From: Octopus vulgaris | Taxonomy: Eukaryota | Assembly (NCBI GenBank): GCA_951406725.2 | Contig: OX597830.1 | Coordinates: 15,748,001-15,812,000, forward strand | DNA: 64,000 bases | Direction: 5' to 3' | Shown here: positions 60,520 to 64,000 of the stretch, piece after piece | Layout: every line of letters starts with the position of its first letter | How positions within the stretch are numbered: position 1 is the first letter of the stretch | The notes under the pieces: model-generated | Databases searched by the model: none | The model's input: the letters and a program-made list of their open reading frames with translations, nothing else | What the model was told of the DNA's origin: nothing | Position numbers and translations under genes: made by a program

Positions 60520-61200
60520 CTTTACTACCCACAAGGGGCTAAACACAGAGGGGACAGACAAACTGATTAAGTCGATTACGTCGACCCCAGTGCGTAACTG
60601 GTACTTAATTTATGGACCCCGAAAGGATGAAAGGCAAAGTCGACCTCGGCGAAATTTGAACTCAGAATGTAACGGCAGACGAAATACCTATTTCTTTACT
60701 ACCCACAAGGGGCTAAACACAGAGGGGACAAACAAGGACAAACAAATGGATTAAGTCGATTACATCGACCCCAGTGCGTAACTGGTACTTAATTTATGGA
60801 CCCCGAAAGGATGAAAGGCAAAGTCGACCTCGGCGAAATTTGAACTCAGAACGTAGCGGCAGACGAAATACCTATTTCTTTACTACCCACAAGGGGCTAA
60901 ACACAGAGGGGACAAACAAGGACAAACAAATGGATTAAGTCGATTACATCGACCCCAGTGCGTAACTGGTACTTAATTTATCGACCCCGAAAGGATGAAA
61001 GGCAAAGTCGACCTCGGCGGAACTTGAACTCAGAACGTAACGGCAGACGAAATACCTATTTCTTTACTACCCACAAGGGGCTAAACACAGAGGGGACAAA
61101 CAAGGACAAACAAATGGACTAAGTCGATTACATCGACCCCAGTATACAATTAGTACTTAATTTATGGACCCCGAAAGGATGAAAGGCAAAGTCGACCTTT
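60520..61200 (-). repeat. Head-to-tail array of about 3.7 SINE-B bodies (period 174/184/184)
   Basis: tttactacccacaagggg recurs at 60521, 60695, 60879 and 61063. Confidence 0.92.
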
Positions 61201-61529
61201 GACTAAGTATTTTTGGAGAGAAAATGAAAGCTCTCACGGAACAAAAGTCAGGATAACAGATCGAAGCGACAAAAAGAAAAAGTGAGTTTGATGGACTATG
61301 ATAAGGTCTTCAGTTGTCCGAGTATAGATATTAACACTATTTGGGGCCCTTTAATTATGGGTGGGAGCCCCTTCTCGTATGTTTTGATCGAACAACCCTA
61401 TGATCAAAGACAATCCATCCGTAAACACCACATTTTTCTCTTATGTGTTGCGAACCTAGAACCACATTACCTAACGTGTCTTTTTCGAAGGTTGTGCGAA
61501 GTGGTTTTCGAAGATTGTGCGAAGATTGT

Positions 61530-61877
61530 GGGAATGAATTTGGTTGGTGTTTCTCGCTTGTCAAATGACCACGTACAGCTTCACTCTTTCTCACAAGCTA
61601 CTTGGATGAATCCATGTGACGTGAAACAAGTCATTTGGATAAATTTGAGTGGAGAATTGCACAAAATTCATGCTTGGCTCAATCTGTGCAACAAAATTTC
61701 TCGGTAATATTCTTTGAACTGAATCAATAAATAACATTTATTAAACTATAAATAGTATTTACAAACAATTTTTTCCCTCTCCTAATCCTTTTCTGCTGAC
61801 AATTGCGTCGATTTTATTCACATGAATACCGACTGAAGAGAAATTTCTCGCCTAATTTTAGCAATTTTGAATTGTCC
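61530..61877 (+). pseudogene. Possible Merlin/IS1595-type transposase C-terminal remnant and right terminus
   Basis: A frame reads RTASLFLTSYLDESM*RE (compare YLDEFMWR), then AWLNLCNKISR; ends ...ttttgaattgtCC. Confidence 0.45.
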
Positions 61878-61914
61878 TCGATTATTATAGGGACTGTAAG
61901 AGTACATGAGTATT

Positions 61915-61946
<32 letters not shown>

Positions 61947-62245
61947 GATACATGCATACATACATAGAGACATGCATACATACATACATACATACATACA
62001 CACATACATACATATATCTAGACAAACATATATACATACATCTACACACATATACATACATCTATACATACATATACATACATACACATACATATATCTA
62101 CACATACATACATACACACATACACACACATACATACATACATACATACATACATACATACATACATACATACATACACACATACATACATACATACACA
62201 CATACATACACACATACATACATACCTACATACATACACACATAC
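61915..62245. repeat. (TACA)n microsatellite
   Basis: Visible directly. Confidence 0.95.
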
Positions 62246-62314
62246 GTATGTGTATACACGTACATGTGTATTGTTCTAAAATAGGCGAAGGATATAAACA
62301 CCGGCGATTCAAGA

Positions 62315-62541
62315 TTTGTCTGTGTTTGACACCCCCCACCCCCACCAACATCGCTTGACAACCGATGCTGGTGTGTTTACGTCCCCGTAACTTAGCGGTT
62401 CGGCAAAAAGCGACCGATAGAATAAGTACTAGGCTTACAAAGAATAAGTCTCGGGGTCGATTTGCTCGACTAAAAGGCGGTGCTCCAGCATGGCCACAGC
62501 CAAATGACTGAAACAAGTAAAAGAGTAAAAGAGTAAAAGAG
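62315..62541 (+). mobile_element. SINE family A, 3' half
   Basis: Tail motifs present. Confidence 0.85.
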
Positions 62542-62618
62542 TTTGTTTGTTTGTTTGTTTCTGTGTGTGTGTGTGTGTGTGTGTATCAGGGGTGTATATT
62601 CCGGTTATGTTAGCGGTG

Positions 62619-62761
62619 GGATCTTTTCATTTTGAACAGCAGTTTTCAACACGTTTACAGACGATATTTCGTCTGAAAATCCGAGCATTTCGGCAATTTT
62701 AACCAATCGATTACCTCCATTCAACTAAAATCATTTGCTGCCGTTCAAAAGGAAAAGATCC
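62619..62761. mobile_element. Short (143 bp) Merlin-like MITE
   Basis: GGATCTTTTC.TTTTGAAC.GCAG TIRs; TSD tagcggtg/tagctgtg. Confidence 0.75.
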
Positions 62762-63048
62762 TAGCTGTGTGCTGCACACCCATTGTAAATGGCAAATTCA
62801 TTATAAATATTAACCTTACTCGCTTATTTAATCACACATTATAATGGAAAACTCTTATTACACCCCTGCTTGAAATTTGGTGACGGGTGTCCCGGAAATA
62901 ACACTGCACACCTTCCAGCGCATTCTATAATAATATGGCACCGGGCGTACTGTAAGGATTATGGAAGAATGGCAAAACAGTTAATGGCGGAGGGTATGTG
63001 ACAGCTTTGACAGCCTTGTCACATGTCAGTTTTCATGGGGAGAAGCTG

Positions 63049-63258
63049 TACTCTTTTACACTTTTGTTGCAGTAATTTGACTGCGGCCATGCTGGAGCAC
63101 CGCCTTTAATCGAGCAAATCGACCCCAGGACTTATTCTTTGTAAGCCTTGTACTTATTCTATCGGTCTCTTTTGCCGCTCGCCGCTAAGTTTACGGGGAC
63201 GTAAACACACCAGCACCGGTTGTCAAGCGATGTTGGGGGCACCAACACAGACACACAA

Positions 63259-63289
<31 letters not shown>

Positions 63290-63436
63290 CATATACATAT
63301 AGATGACGGACTTCTTTCAGTTTCCGTCTACCAAATCCACTCACAAGGCTTTGGTCGGTCCGAGGCTATAGTAGAAGACACTTGCCCAAGGTGCTACGCA
63401 GTGGGACTGAACCCGGAACCATGTGGTAGGTAAGCA
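63049..63436 (-). mobile_element. SINE family A
   Basis: Match lacking the extreme head. Confidence 0.85.
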
Positions 63437-63501
63437 AAATAATAATAATAATGATAATAACAACAGCAACAAAAGCAATAATAATAATAATAATAATAAT
63501 G

Positions 63502-63563
<62 letters not shown>

Positions 63564-63908
63564 TCGTTCGCTTATTGGCCACGAGGGCTAACAAAAATCA
63601 ATTAAAACATAAAGGGGCAAAACACAGGACGAAAGTTACAAAGGGTTTTGTCCGTTTGAAAAAGTCCGTGTACAAAAGCAGGATGACAACGAAAAATAAG
63701 TAACAATTAAAACTCCCAATAGGGGGAAGTGCTTCGAAAGGTTACTCGTGGAAAAACCCATAAAAGCCACGGGGGCCTGGTCAAAAGGGGGAGTAGAGAG
63801 ATAGTAATAATCTTTTCTACCCCTAGGCCTGAAATTTTGGCGGAGGGGAGCAGTCGATTAGATCGACCCCAGTACGCAACTAACAACAACAACAATAATA
63901 ATAATAGC

Positions 63909-63960
<52 letters not shown>

Positions 63961-64000
63961 GTAATAATAGCAATAATAATAATAATAATAATAATAATAA
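63437..64000. repeat. (TAA)n/(CAA)n tracts enclosing retroposon fragments
   Basis: Visible directly; SINE-B variant tail at ~63810-63880. Confidence 0.8.

Noticed and set aside
60520-61200. Regularly spaced repeats as a CRISPR-like array
   Set aside because: Units are wholly repeated with no unique spacers; eukaryotic SINE bodies
61282-61707. 141-aa ORF as a host gene
   Set aside because: GTG start, no exon structure; better explained as decayed transposon sequence
62587-62868. CAGGGGTGTA...TACACCCCTG as a hAT element hosting the short MITE
   Set aside because: Only 10 bp of inverted match and no TSD; insufficient support

Overview
AT-rich, repeat- and microsatellite-dense eukaryotic DNA, most consistent with an Octopus (coleoid cephalopod) genome. 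That assignment is inferred from the SINE families, (TA)n/(TAA)n abundance and poly-Asn coding tracts. Two convergent, intron-containing genes are separated by a 100-N gap. Gene A (+) is the 3' part of an unidentified coiled-coil, low-complexity protein: exons 8862-9067, 12894-12958 and 28284-29041 splice in frame, followed by a probably very long 3' UTR. Gene B (-) is a complete 5-exon CDS (51634-42211, 216 aa) that I assembled by hand: signal peptide, a 12-Cys IGFBP-type N domain, and two thyroglobulin type-1 domains. Most of gene B is invisible in the ORF track. The rest is several tRNA-derived SINE families, piggyBac-, hAT- and Merlin-type MITEs with visible TSDs, and pogo, CR1, RTE and Merlin remnants. 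It also holds Penelope-like fragments carrying hammerhead ribozyme motifs, recurrent head-to-tail SINE multimers with a fixed junction, and several long inverted or direct duplications. Nearly all other ORF-track entries are microsatellite or SINE artefacts.
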